DNA from: Felis catus
Taxonomy: Eukaryota
DNA: 64,000 nucleotides
Direction of reading: 5' to 3'
NCBI RefSeq assembly: GCF_018350175.1
Contig: NC_058368.1
Span: forward strand, 188,606,001-188,670,000
Made by a program: the position numbers and the translations under genes. Below the pieces are notes generated by a model. That model saw only the letters and a program-made list of their open reading frames with translations. It was not told the origin of the DNA and searched no databases. Shown piece after piece: positions 50,246 to 64,000 of the stretch; position 1 is the first letter of the stretch, and every line of letters starts with the position of its first letter.

Positions 50246-52894
50246 CCTTAGAAATCACAACCTGCATAATTAACGTATCTGAGTCTGGAAGTCATGAGAA
50301 CCTCCACCCTCTCCTGCACAGACAGCACAAGGAAACTGCACACCAGAACCTTTCATTCCTTTCTCCATTTCCCCTAGTTCAACTCCCATGCTGCTGTTGT
50401 CTAATACCTTAAATTAATCCTGTTTCCCCCACCAGAAATTGTCATTACATTTCATGCAGTCTATGCTTATTTTATTCCACCGCATTCTCTACTATCTTTG
50501 CTTTGCTAACTTTCTTGCATCTCAGATCTTTTCCCCCGTACCGTTGTCTTTCTGCCTGAAGCACAGCGACAGAGTTCCTGCAGTGAGAACCTGCTGGTGG
50601 TAAATCCTCTCAGGTTTAGCTGGGTTTTCACTGGGTGCAGATTTTGTTTGACAATTGGTTTCATTTGATACACCGAAGATACCGGTATACTGTCTTCTGC
50701 CTTCCGTTCTTGCTGTGGGGAAACCGCTAGCTGTTAGGGGCCAGTCTAATTGCCATGCTCTTTCTTAAAGGTAACTTGTGTTTTTTTCTCTGGCTACTTG
50801 AGGTTTATCTCTTTACCTTTGTTCTTTTGCAATTTTGCTATCATGCCTCTAGTTGCAGATTTTTTTCGCTCAGCCCCTCACCCTCTCCCTTCCTTCTATT
50901 TTATTGATATAGAATTAACTTAAACACTATAAATTTAAGTGTATATATAGCATAATGACTTGGCATTCCTGTGTATCAGGAAGTGGTTTCCACAGTAAGT
51001 TTGCTGAACATCCATCTCCTCATATAATTAAAAAAAATTTTCCTTTGTGATGAGAACTTCTAGGATTTACTCTCTTAGCAGATTAAAGGAAATTATTTTG
51101 GGGGGGTTCCCTAGATCTTTTTGATCGTAGATTAATGTGTTTCTTCAGTTCTGGAAAATTCCAGTGATTTTCTCCTCAAACATTTCCTCTGCCTCATTCT
51201 CTCTCTCTTTTCCTTCTAAGGCCTTGATCAAATGTATGTTACATTTCTCACTATATCCTCCTTGTGTCTCACTCTCTCTTTATTTACTATTCTATGTTTC
51301 ATCCTGGATAGTGTATTCTAATTCATATCCAGTATATTATATTGTATATAATTTATATGGACAATTAAATATAATTTTATACCTAAAACCCTTCTAGTTT
51401 ATCAGTTCATTACTTCTCCTTATGTTTTATCCAATCTGCTGTTAAGCCCATTCACTGAGTATTTAACATTTGTTATTTTACTATTTATTTATAAAAGCTC
51501 TGGTTTTCGAATTTGCTGTGACAGATCTTATAGTTTCCTACAATATAATCCATTTTTGATAATATACCTGTTTCCTGCAGATGTTATCAGTTTGTCATTT
51601 GTTTCTTTAAGCATGGTAATTTTGGTGGTATTTCAGTCTGCCTGACACTTTTCCAAGTCTGGGCAGGGTGCTGGTATGTTTCTGCTTTCTATTGGTTCTG
51701 CTGCATTTTGTTACATTGTGTTTCCTTGTGTTTCTGCTAATCTTTGTTTGCTTGCCTTCCTTCCTTTGTAAAGTTATTTGTAGGGGTAACCAAGGCCTGG
51801 CATAGATAGACCTGCCCCTGAGATGCTTTGGGTTTGCTCCGCGAGGTACCTGGGTACACTACCAGCTGGGTATCACCTTACACCGTTTCACAAATTGAGA
51901 TTACCTGGCCAGCTCAAGCTGTGGGAATCTGAGTGTAAAGCCTCCTGAGGGCCAGTCGGGGGCCCAAAGTCTCCTGGTTTGGGGCAAGGCGGGATAGGTT
52001 TACAGTAACTTTGCCCTGCCGTTGATGATGCATCTCTTTGAAATCCAAGCTTAATGTCAAGGGGTCTTCTAAAAGCTTCCCACCTTGGATGGGCTTTGGG
52101 CCCTGACCACGGCTGCCCTCCCGTCGTGTAGTCGCCGTGCAGAAGCCGGAGGTATCAGGAACCAGAAATGCTTTGGGGCATAAGTGCTTTGGTGTCCAAT
52201 GCTTTACTAATCTCTCTGCTTACAGGCTTTTTGTCAAAAACTGGCCTGGAAACTCCCCACTGTTGCTGCGACATCTCAGTTGTGTTTTTCTTTTGCAGGA
52301 GATTTAAAAACTTTTTAAACCAGTGGTGGGGGTGGTGAGGGAAGTGTTGATCTGAATGACAGCTGTTGTGATTGGAAAATGAAAGCTCAACGATATTTTA
52401 GTCTCTCCCATCCAGTGGTCTCTCCAGAGCATAGTGAAATTTGAGTGTGCAAGTGCGTGTGAAGGACTATTCACTACACACATGGCCATGGACTAGCACA
52501 AAGGAAAATGAAGAGAAAATGAACTTTGTTTAGATTTTTTACCTAATTCCAAGTGTTTAAGACTATGTTTCAAGTCTTGACTAAACATCGGCTCGCACAT
52601 CTCCAGGCTGTCTGATTTTCACAAATTCTAATGCAAGAAGGTGAGCTTATAGAGTCTTTTTAAGTGTTCACATATTATTTATTGGAGATAAAATAGATAC
52701 ATTTCAACAGGTGATTAGATTTGTGACTAGAAGCCTTCAAAGACACACAAAGAATGCACCATTGCTCTTGTTTATTGGGAATGGAGGTTATATTTCATAT
52801 TTTAAAAACATCAATGTTTTCTCATACATGGCCTCAGGCAAGGTTAATGAAATAGAATCTTTTCATTAAGATGGTTAAAAATAACTGTGGTATT

Positions 52895-53113
52895 GGGGCG
52901 CCTGGGTGGCTCAGTCGGTTGAGCATCCGACTTCAGCTCAGGTCATGATCTCGCGGTCCGTGAGTTTGAGCCCCGCGTCGGGCTCTGGGCTGATGGCTCA
53001 GAGCCTGGAGCCTGCTTCGGATTCTGTGTCTCCCTCTCTCTCTGCCCCTCCCCTGTTCATGCTGTGTCTCTCTCTGTCTCAAAAATAAATAAACGTTAAA
53101 AAAAAATTAAAAA
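52895..53113 (+). mobile_element. Felid CanSINE, TSD aaaaataactgtggtatt
   Basis: Canonical body, CpGs largely intact, flanking direct repeat. Confidence 0.93.
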
Positions 53114-53829
53114 AAAAAATAACTGTGGTATTAAGACTAAAACTACTGTGAAGACTGAACATTTTTTTTTTAGCCCAAACTATACAATATTTTGGTCTGA
53201 AGATGTAAGGATACTATTACTGTCCTAAGCTTACCTATTATGAAGTTTAAAATCCTTCCAAACAATTGCAGGTGCCATCTTTCCTACTGATGTGGCCCAC
53301 ACAGTTCAAGTACTGTATGCTTTTCAAAGGGTATAGTCCATCATGCCAGAAAATACTTTCTTTTTCTTACTAATAAAACACACATGCTCATGCCAATCAA
53401 TTTTAGAGTGTAAATACTGAGTTGATTGTTCTTTATTTTTTGTTTTTAAGTGAAGTAAGAATAATGAGGTAAGAGTAATGGCCATAAAGTACATATCATA
53501 GAAATGCTGTTCCCTCTCTTTGCGGTTTCCAACAGCGATAATGAAGTCAAAGTAGGCCACTGGGTGGATGTCATGTGGGCATTTTCAGGGCCCAGGGAAG
53601 CGGTGTTAAGCAACAAGCACTTCCTTCCTCTGATTGTGCAAGAAGCCGGACAGATTCTGCCCCTTCTGATTCCATAGCCCTTAGATGACCCACCTCAAAT
53701 TCTAGAGGCTTGAGCTTCTGACTGACCCTTGAGTAGCTGACTCAAGTCATCTTGGGTGAGTCTTCCATATTGGTTTTTCACATATACTCAAAGGGGGAAA
53801 GCATAGCTCTGTTCAGAGTCAGCACAGCA

Positions 53830-54070
53830 GAGTAGCGAGGGGAGCAATGTGGCCTGAAGGGGTGGCCGAGGATTGAATGTTGACTTCACCACTTACTGCC
53901 TTTCGAACTTAGACAAGCTCTCTCACCTCTCTGAACCTCAGTTTCCTCATTTGTTTGAGCAGAATAATGACTATTTCCACTTCACAGACTTGCTGTGAGG
54001 AATAAATGAGATCGTAAATGGAAAGCATTTAAATTGGCATTGACATATAAAAATACTCAATAAATGTTTG
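53830..54070. mobile_element. MIR relic
   Basis: accacttact...acctctctgaacctcagtttcctcatttg...gctgtgaggaataaatgagat. Confidence 0.7.
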
Positions 54071-55027
54071 ATATTAATATTCAGACTTGAGAAATATTTT
54101 GCACAGGTTTGGTTAACCCACCTGAGGAGAGTAATATTCTTGAGAGAGAGTTTTGAATGTAGTTCAGAAATAATTAAATGCCTTTCTTGATTGAAATAGA
54201 AAGGCAATTAAGACAATGAAGCATTTTTCTTTGTGTTATCTAGGACATATTTTTCTCATTTTCCTTGTGTAATGGGAAAATTTGAAATACATACAGAATG
54301 GTGGCAAATTACTCATCTTGAGGTTAATTGTTCCCCAACAAATACATGTCAAGTAGGGAAGGTGGATAAGATTCCAGAGGCTTCAGAATCCAAATCTTGA
54401 TAGTGTGACATTTGGGATTCAGGTGGGCCTAGCTTTTGGATATTGCCAGAATATGACATTGGAAAAGTTCTTTAACCCTTTTGGGTCTCAGGCTCCCTGA
54501 TTATAAATTAGGAGTAAAGATACCAAATTACACTGACAGGCTACAAAGTAGCTGAGTAATAACCCAAAGCTGACTTTGTAACACATTCCAGAGACTTAAT
54601 GTAAGACAGAGCAATCCATTTACATACAGTGAACCAAGTAACCAAGCTCTATTCACTTTACCCAAGCAAACTGTTTCCCAAATGTGTGTCTTTGGTTATC
54701 TGGAAGGCAGCACAAAACAATTCAGATATGCATCTAGGAATTAGGTGGTAGGATGGAGAGAGGTGACAGCAACAACTTGGAATGTCATAAGCATTGCATG
54801 ATATGCGTGCTTCATGCATACAATTATTTATCTGATTGTGGTTTAATTGTCTCACTAACACGTATTGGGAAGATTCTATGACAAATGAATAAGCCTGTCT
54901 TCAAAGGAATGTAAGGAAGAAGGGGAAATCTAATATTTATAAAAATCCATCTTTGTGACCAGGTACTTTTTCTGTTGATTTGAAACCTCAGGAGCATCCT
55001 GAATTAAATCTGGACCTGGCTTCTGTA

Positions 55028-55419
55028 CGTGGAGGGCAAGGAAAAACCGAAGAAAGAGGAAGACCACTCTTGGTAGGTGGTGGTATTCTTGGATTTCTGG
55101 TGGCAGACTTAATAAGCAAGGGAACTTACACATGAGGCTCATCTTGGCAGGTAACAAGACAGGTAAATCTCTGCACGTGCCCGCCAGAACCTTAAAAGTT
55201 TATATAGAGACCTTAATTGGGTTCAGTCACATATACTGTCCAGATGGTCTCAACAGCACACTGTTCTCTTAAAGCTGCATCTTTGAAAACAGTGCCCACT
55301 GTGGAATGCTATGCAAAATGTGCATCTGAAGTGCAGGGGAGGGGAGGAGGAGCCAATTGCCCAGGTTCAGATCGTTGGGTCAACCTGAGGTCATGTCCCC
55401 TCGATAACCTCCTCCAACA
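55028..55419 (-). mobile_element. Probable solo ERV LTR
   Basis: On the minus strand it begins TGTTGGAGG (55419), has a TATATAAA box (~55198-55205) and an ATTAAG poly(A)-like motif (~55100). Left boundary and TSD uncertain. Confidence 0.5.
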
Positions 55420-55570
55420 GTACTGGAGTAAGCTAATGCTGAAACAACCCTAGAATCTCAATGACTTAACATAAGAGAAGTTTATTTCTTGCTTGTATAA
55501 AGTTTATTTCCCCATGCAGTCATTTAGGGGCCAGAATCCTTCTATGTTGTGATTCTGACATATCCTAGAG

Positions 55571-55790
55571 CAGGGTCAGCAATCTATGAGTCATGGACAA
55601 AATCTGATCTAGAGTTTTTATAAATTTTTTCTTTGTAAATAAAGTTTTATTGAGACACAGCCACACCGATTCATCATGTATCACCTGTGCTTTGTAGCTG
55701 CTCTCACACTAAGGTAGTTGCAACAGGCTCATGAATTATAAAATATTGCCTATCAGGATCTTGACAGAAAACCTTTGCTAAGCCTGCCCT
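55571..55790. mobile_element. MER58-like hAT DNA transposon within an MLT1-class relic
   Basis: cagggtcagcaatctatg...gtaaataaagttttattgagacacagccacac...acagaaaacctttgctaagcctg. Confidence 0.7.
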
Positions 55791-58377
55791 AGCATTAGAA
55801 TATCACTTTGGATTTTCTGATTAGTCCGCAGAAGGGGAGGAAGAGGAGTGCAAGACTGTGTGGGAGGTTTTTATGAACTATATCTGAAAATGGCTTCCAT
55901 CAATCCCACCTACTTTTCATTTGCCAGAACTCAGTCATATAGCCAAAGCAGCTGCTAGGGATGTTGAGAAATGCTGTCTAGCAATGGCCCAGGAATAAGA
56001 CATACAGCAGTTCTCCACAGACCAACTCTGCACTAGAGTCTTCTAGTCACTCTTTCCTCTTTGTTCCTAGAAACAAATGTTTAAATACAGTTAAATCATT
56101 ACAGATAAGTCATTTCAATTGTAGTCTTAAAAAGTTAAGCACAGTTAGACTTATCTGGATAATTACCTTAAAGCTGAATTACTGACACAATGTTCCCAAA
56201 TTTTAGTTTGTGTTTATTGGTGCCAACAGTGGTTCCTAATCGTCATAGGCTGATAAAAACGGGACAGAGGTGGATTTGACACTGAAATGACTCCTTTAAA
56301 CTTGTCCTACACCATATGAATTAAGGAACACTTTGTGGTAGTTTAAAATAAAAAAGTTTAAAAAGTGGTAGAAGGATTGAGACATTACACAGGGCATAAT
56401 TATATAGACAGACCACTTCTAAAAGAACCTACTTTATTGAACTCAGAAACAACCATGTGGACATTTAAGTGACAATTTAGTTTCCACAAAACGTTATCCA
56501 GCTCATTTTATTATAGTTCATTTATAAATCTTTGGTTTTGTGCAGTTTCTCTTTTTCATGAACTTTGTAATTTGGTTTCATGGTTGTTTAAATGCTATCT
56601 GCATAAAGAATGTGGCCCTAGTTTTATGCTTGTGCATATTTAAGTAAGATAGTAAAATTAGTTTAAATAAAAACATGAGAGATCCAGAAGAATATTTTCT
56701 TTCTTAAAGATATGTGTATATAATGCAAGTTTATAGGAGTCCACTCAACAGAGAGAGCTCTCTTTCACAAAACACTTATATTTGAATTAGGAAACTATAT
56801 CAGTCAGGACAGACTATGCAAAGCTGCCATAACAAAGAAGCCCCAAGTCCTAGTGGCTTAAACCACCTGCATACATTAAATGTGCGGCATATTGCTAAAG
56901 AATTCTGCTCATCGTGATCCTGACAGCAGGACCCAAACTGATGGAGCTGTTCTCAGTAACACCTCTAGTTGAGGGGAGCAAGTACTCTGGGGGTTCTCTT
57001 ACCTTTAAGGAAATGCTCTGGCTCAACGAAGTCAGATGACCACACTAACTTCAAAGAGAGGGCCATAATCTTTTTTGGGTGTCCAGAGAAGAGAGAAACC
57101 AGGAATTGGTTGACAGAAGTAAGTAAGGTAGCAGACAGCTTTCTTAATTTCATAGGCAGTGTGGCTCCTGGGTTACAGTCAAGCCCCACTGCTTGCTAGC
57201 CACACGCCACGGGCAAATCAAAACCTCAGCTCCTCCTCTGTGAAATAGGGGAGAAATGTCAGTTGGCATGGTTCATTGAGCGGAATCAAGGCAATAACTC
57301 TTTGTCAACCATAAATTATTATCCAAATGAAGGTAATAGTATTGTTTCTGGCAATCAGTCATACCACATTAAGAATAAAGAATAATTAGCAATGATTTCA
57401 CTCCACAGCATTTGTCACACAATCAATATTTTGTCTCAAAAGTTTCCTGAAAATTCACAAGAAATTTCCTTAGGTAGTCTGATAATGAAACCTGAAGAAA
57501 ATACCTCTCAAAGAGAAAGAAAGAAAAAGATAAAGAAAAAAAGAAAGAAGAAGAAAAAGAAAAGAAAAATTTCCCTCTTGACTAGAAAGTGACAAACCAT
57601 TTTACCTGGCCCCAAATCTATATGGCCCACTCTTCTGGCAGATTCCAACATTAAAAACATTTGAGGTGGAAGAGAAGAAGCACTATCTATCTTGTCCAAG
57701 AAGCAGTTGTTTTAAGTTGGGCTCAGCATGAAAAAATTTAAAATGCTTCACAAAATAATGCTGAGGATAGAAATACAAGAAGATTCTATACTGTAGCATG
57801 GACTCCTGAAACTGATAATCACCCGCATATCTCAGAATTCCAGCTGATTAGAACTGGATGGCATCCTGAAGATTACCTGGTCTCCTACTCTTATTTTCCA
57901 GATGACGAAAGTAAGGTCTAGAAAAGTTAAATAACTTGCCATAGGTCACGTTCCTTAAATACAAGTTGATTAGCCAAATATTTTTCCCCTTCACCATCCT
58001 GAAATTATGGACCGAAGGAAATTAAACACTGAAGGAAGACATGTTTCTCTGTCCCCTCATATAATTGCTGACAAAATCTCTTTGAATCACAGCCTATGGC
58101 ACACCCTTCATTGTGAATATGCAAGCAGGCAGCAAGCCCCCAAGAAATTCCTGTGGAGATCTAGCAATGACTCTGAGATTCATTTTCAGTGCTTCTAAAA
58201 TTCAGTTGTTGTTTTCCATGTCACAGTTTTCTAAATGATGTTTTGACCCATAGGAGATGTATGAATTGAGTAAGAAAACGAGATACAGGCTTCTAACTGA
58301 ATAATTGCATTATCTGATTATTTAATTAGATGTGGAAGTCTTACACTCTAAGAGAAGAATTTCCACATTGTCCACAA

Positions 58378-58478
58378 AAAAAAGGAAGAAAGAAAAAGAA
58401 AGAAGGAAAGAGAGAGAAGGAGGAAACGAGGGAGGGAGGGAGGAAGGAAAAAAGAAAAAAAGGAAGGAAGAAAAAGAA
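58378..58478. repeat. Purine-rich (GAAA/GGAA/GGGA) low-complexity tract; a similar tract lies at 57510-57570
   Basis: Read directly from the sequence. Confidence 0.85.
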
Positions 58479-60739
58479 ATGTGAGCTTCCTTCCTAGGCA
58501 TATTAGTCAGGAAAGGCTCAGTTATGCTGCCATAAAAAATCTCTGGGACTTATAGTAACAAAAGATTATTTCACATTCATGTTAAATGTTCACTGTGGGT
58601 TGGAGAGGTCTCCACTCCACATTATCTTTGCAAAGAGTGGCAGGCTGAAGGAAACTCCATCTGGAGGGTCACTGGAGGCTGTGGCATGGGGAAGGTGAAT
58701 TGGCGAATTGCACATTGGATCTTAAAGCTTTTGCCTCTAAATAGCACATATTACTGATAATTCTAAATTTATCAAAGCAAACAATAGGGTTGCATCTAAG
58801 TGCAGAAGAATCAGAATACTCTACTCCTACTGTGCACCTGGAAGTAGGGAAGCCATAATTTTAGTGAACATCGCTAATGGAGACCATTCTAGAAATAAAG
58901 AAGAAAAGAAAACAGAATAGACATGCTCCCTCCCCAAACTGTCAAGAAGACAGGGTCTCGCACAGTCAATACGAATCAAATCCCCAATCAAGGATAATAA
59001 AATACCTGGCAGCTATACAATAAAATCTCTTAACACATTAATTTGTTGCTGATAAAGTTTCCTGAATTTGTTTCTTCATCTTCATACAAGAGTATTGCAT
59101 AGAATGAGAAGCAGGTACAAATGAACTAAAATAAATTGGGGTTGGGATAAAGTTTCTGGAAATGCACTGTGGGCCAGCTAAATGGGGAGACACACTTGTG
59201 CCTTTTGTGGATTTTATCAGGCTCTTTTTGTTTCTTTATGACATAACTGTACTGGTCAATAGTGTTTCAAAAGAATTTGATAGTAGGAAAGTTATAGCCT
59301 GATCAGACAGAAAAGTTCATTTTCGCTTAGATGCTAATAGTAGTAATTATCTAATGAGTCACTCTGAAAAGAGACCCTGAACCTCTAAAACTTAGCCTTT
59401 TTGGGAAATGTCTGAAAGTCTGGGATATGTTTAGACACCCGTCATTTCTTTTTTATTTGGGGACAATCATTTGCTTAGATACATATTTTTAAACTTTTAG
59501 TGTATCACTAGCAACAAAGTGTTTCAAGTGGGAAAAACTCAAACTAGCTCAGAATGTCCCCTAAATTAAAAAATAGGGTTTTGTACTTTCCAGAATAATA
59601 AGCACTTTTATAGTCTTTCTTTAAATCTTTCTTGGTAAAAAGCTACAAAGCAGGAGGAAAGGGTGAGAGTCAAAGCCTGCTGATTTACTGTTTAATTATA
59701 TCTTTCCCCCCTGCCCCTTAAAATTTTATAACAGAGCAGGGTTAACATTAACACCCCAACCACAATAAACTAAACATATTTTATTACATATTTTATGTCC
59801 ATGATGAAAATGAAGATATAATAGTGAGATAATTTTATATAGAGGTATGGTGAATTCTATGTGGCTAGGGGTAAGTCAATTTTGTGTTCTGTGCTTTAGT
59901 TTTTAAAACTCTCATTAATAATTATATTAATAGCACACTTTTGCTGAGTGTTGATTACAGTACACGGGCTATATCAAGTACCTCACATTTTTCCCTCATT
60001 TAATACTCACAGAAAACCTACTTTTAAAAATGAAGAATTGAGGATGAAGTGACTCGACCAAGGTCACTTAGCTAGTTAGTAGTGGAATACTCTTTGGGGA
60101 TAAATCATTGTGGTAACACTTCAATCAAGGTATCTGGTAAGTGCAGTGTTTTTCTAGCCCAACTCTCTTGGAGAAGAAAAGATTTGTATTGGCAGTGGTT
60201 CATTTATTCATAAATATATGAATGTCCACTCTGTGCCTGGTCCTATCTTAAAGCCTGTGGATATAGAGCTGAATAAGTCTGCGAGGCACAGATGTTAAGA
60301 AAAGAGGTTAAGAAAAATCAGACAGACAGACTTGGGTTGGGTTCTGCAATACAACCTTAGACAGGAATTCTCTGGCCTCATCTGAAAACTGGGAAATTAT
60401 ATTGGTGCTTACTTCACGGTTTTGCTGGGAAAATTAAACGCGGTAATGAATAAAATGCTTAGCATAGCACATTGCATAAGATGCTCCATAGTGCGTTCAG
60501 TTAATACCAGGTTTTACTGTTATTATTGTTGCTATAAGCAAAATAGTGACTGTAGGTGAGCTCCTTGATTATGGAGGGGAAAGAGATGTTTAGACAATAT
60601 TTTCTGTCCAATGTGATATAAGCACCAGGGAAATCAGGGAAAGAAAGGCACGAATGACTTCCTAGAAGGGGTCTGGAAAGGTTTTATGAAAGAGGTGAAC
60701 TCTGTGTTAGTGATTTTAAAGAGAGCAGAATTTCTCCAG

Positions 60740-64000
<3,261 letters not shown>

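Noticed and set aside
1241..53088. Recurrent 60-95 aa ORFs (MAQ(L/S)VK...SAQVMIS..., ...FIYFWDRERQS...) as a gene family, or SINE heads as tRNA genes
   Set aside because: All are translations of CanSINE copies. The tRNA similarity reflects SINE origin, and each copy has (CT)n and an A tail, most with a TSD.
57392..57699. Poly-Lys and poly-Phe ORFs
   Set aside because: Translations of an A/G-rich simple repeat.

Overview
Mammalian genomic DNA, almost certainly from a felid: it is dense in tRNA-derived CanSINEs of the SINEC_Fc type and in carnivore LINE-1. Bases ~1-20,010 hold the 3' part of RNF145, an ER-membrane RING-H2 E3 ubiquitin ligase, on the + strand. Five coding exons (2709-2849, 5494-5676, 14773-14920, 15801-16157, 18390-18776) splice with canonical GT-AG sites into one frame, followed by a ~1.2 kb 3'UTR with AATAAA at 19985. 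The ~40 kb downstream is intergenic and dominated by repeats: a decayed full-length L1 (~28.5-35.6 kb), several truncated L1s, about 24 CanSINEs over the whole window, MER/MLT/MIR/L2 relics and a probable solo LTR. The window ends in a CpG-rich regulatory region (~60.7-64 kb), which by recalled mammalian synteny is probably upstream of EBF1. I found no credible new gene system. The best leads are: (1) an apparently altered RNF145 C-terminus ending in a KKxx ER-retrieval motif; (2) one target site reused by three successive retrotransposon insertions; (3) possible gene conversion between two neighbouring L1s; (4) clustered miR-17~92-family seed sites in the 3'UTR; (5) an inverted young SINE pair bracketing two frame-preserving exons. 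Repeat subfamily names come from recognition, not from a database search, and many repeat boundaries are approximate.
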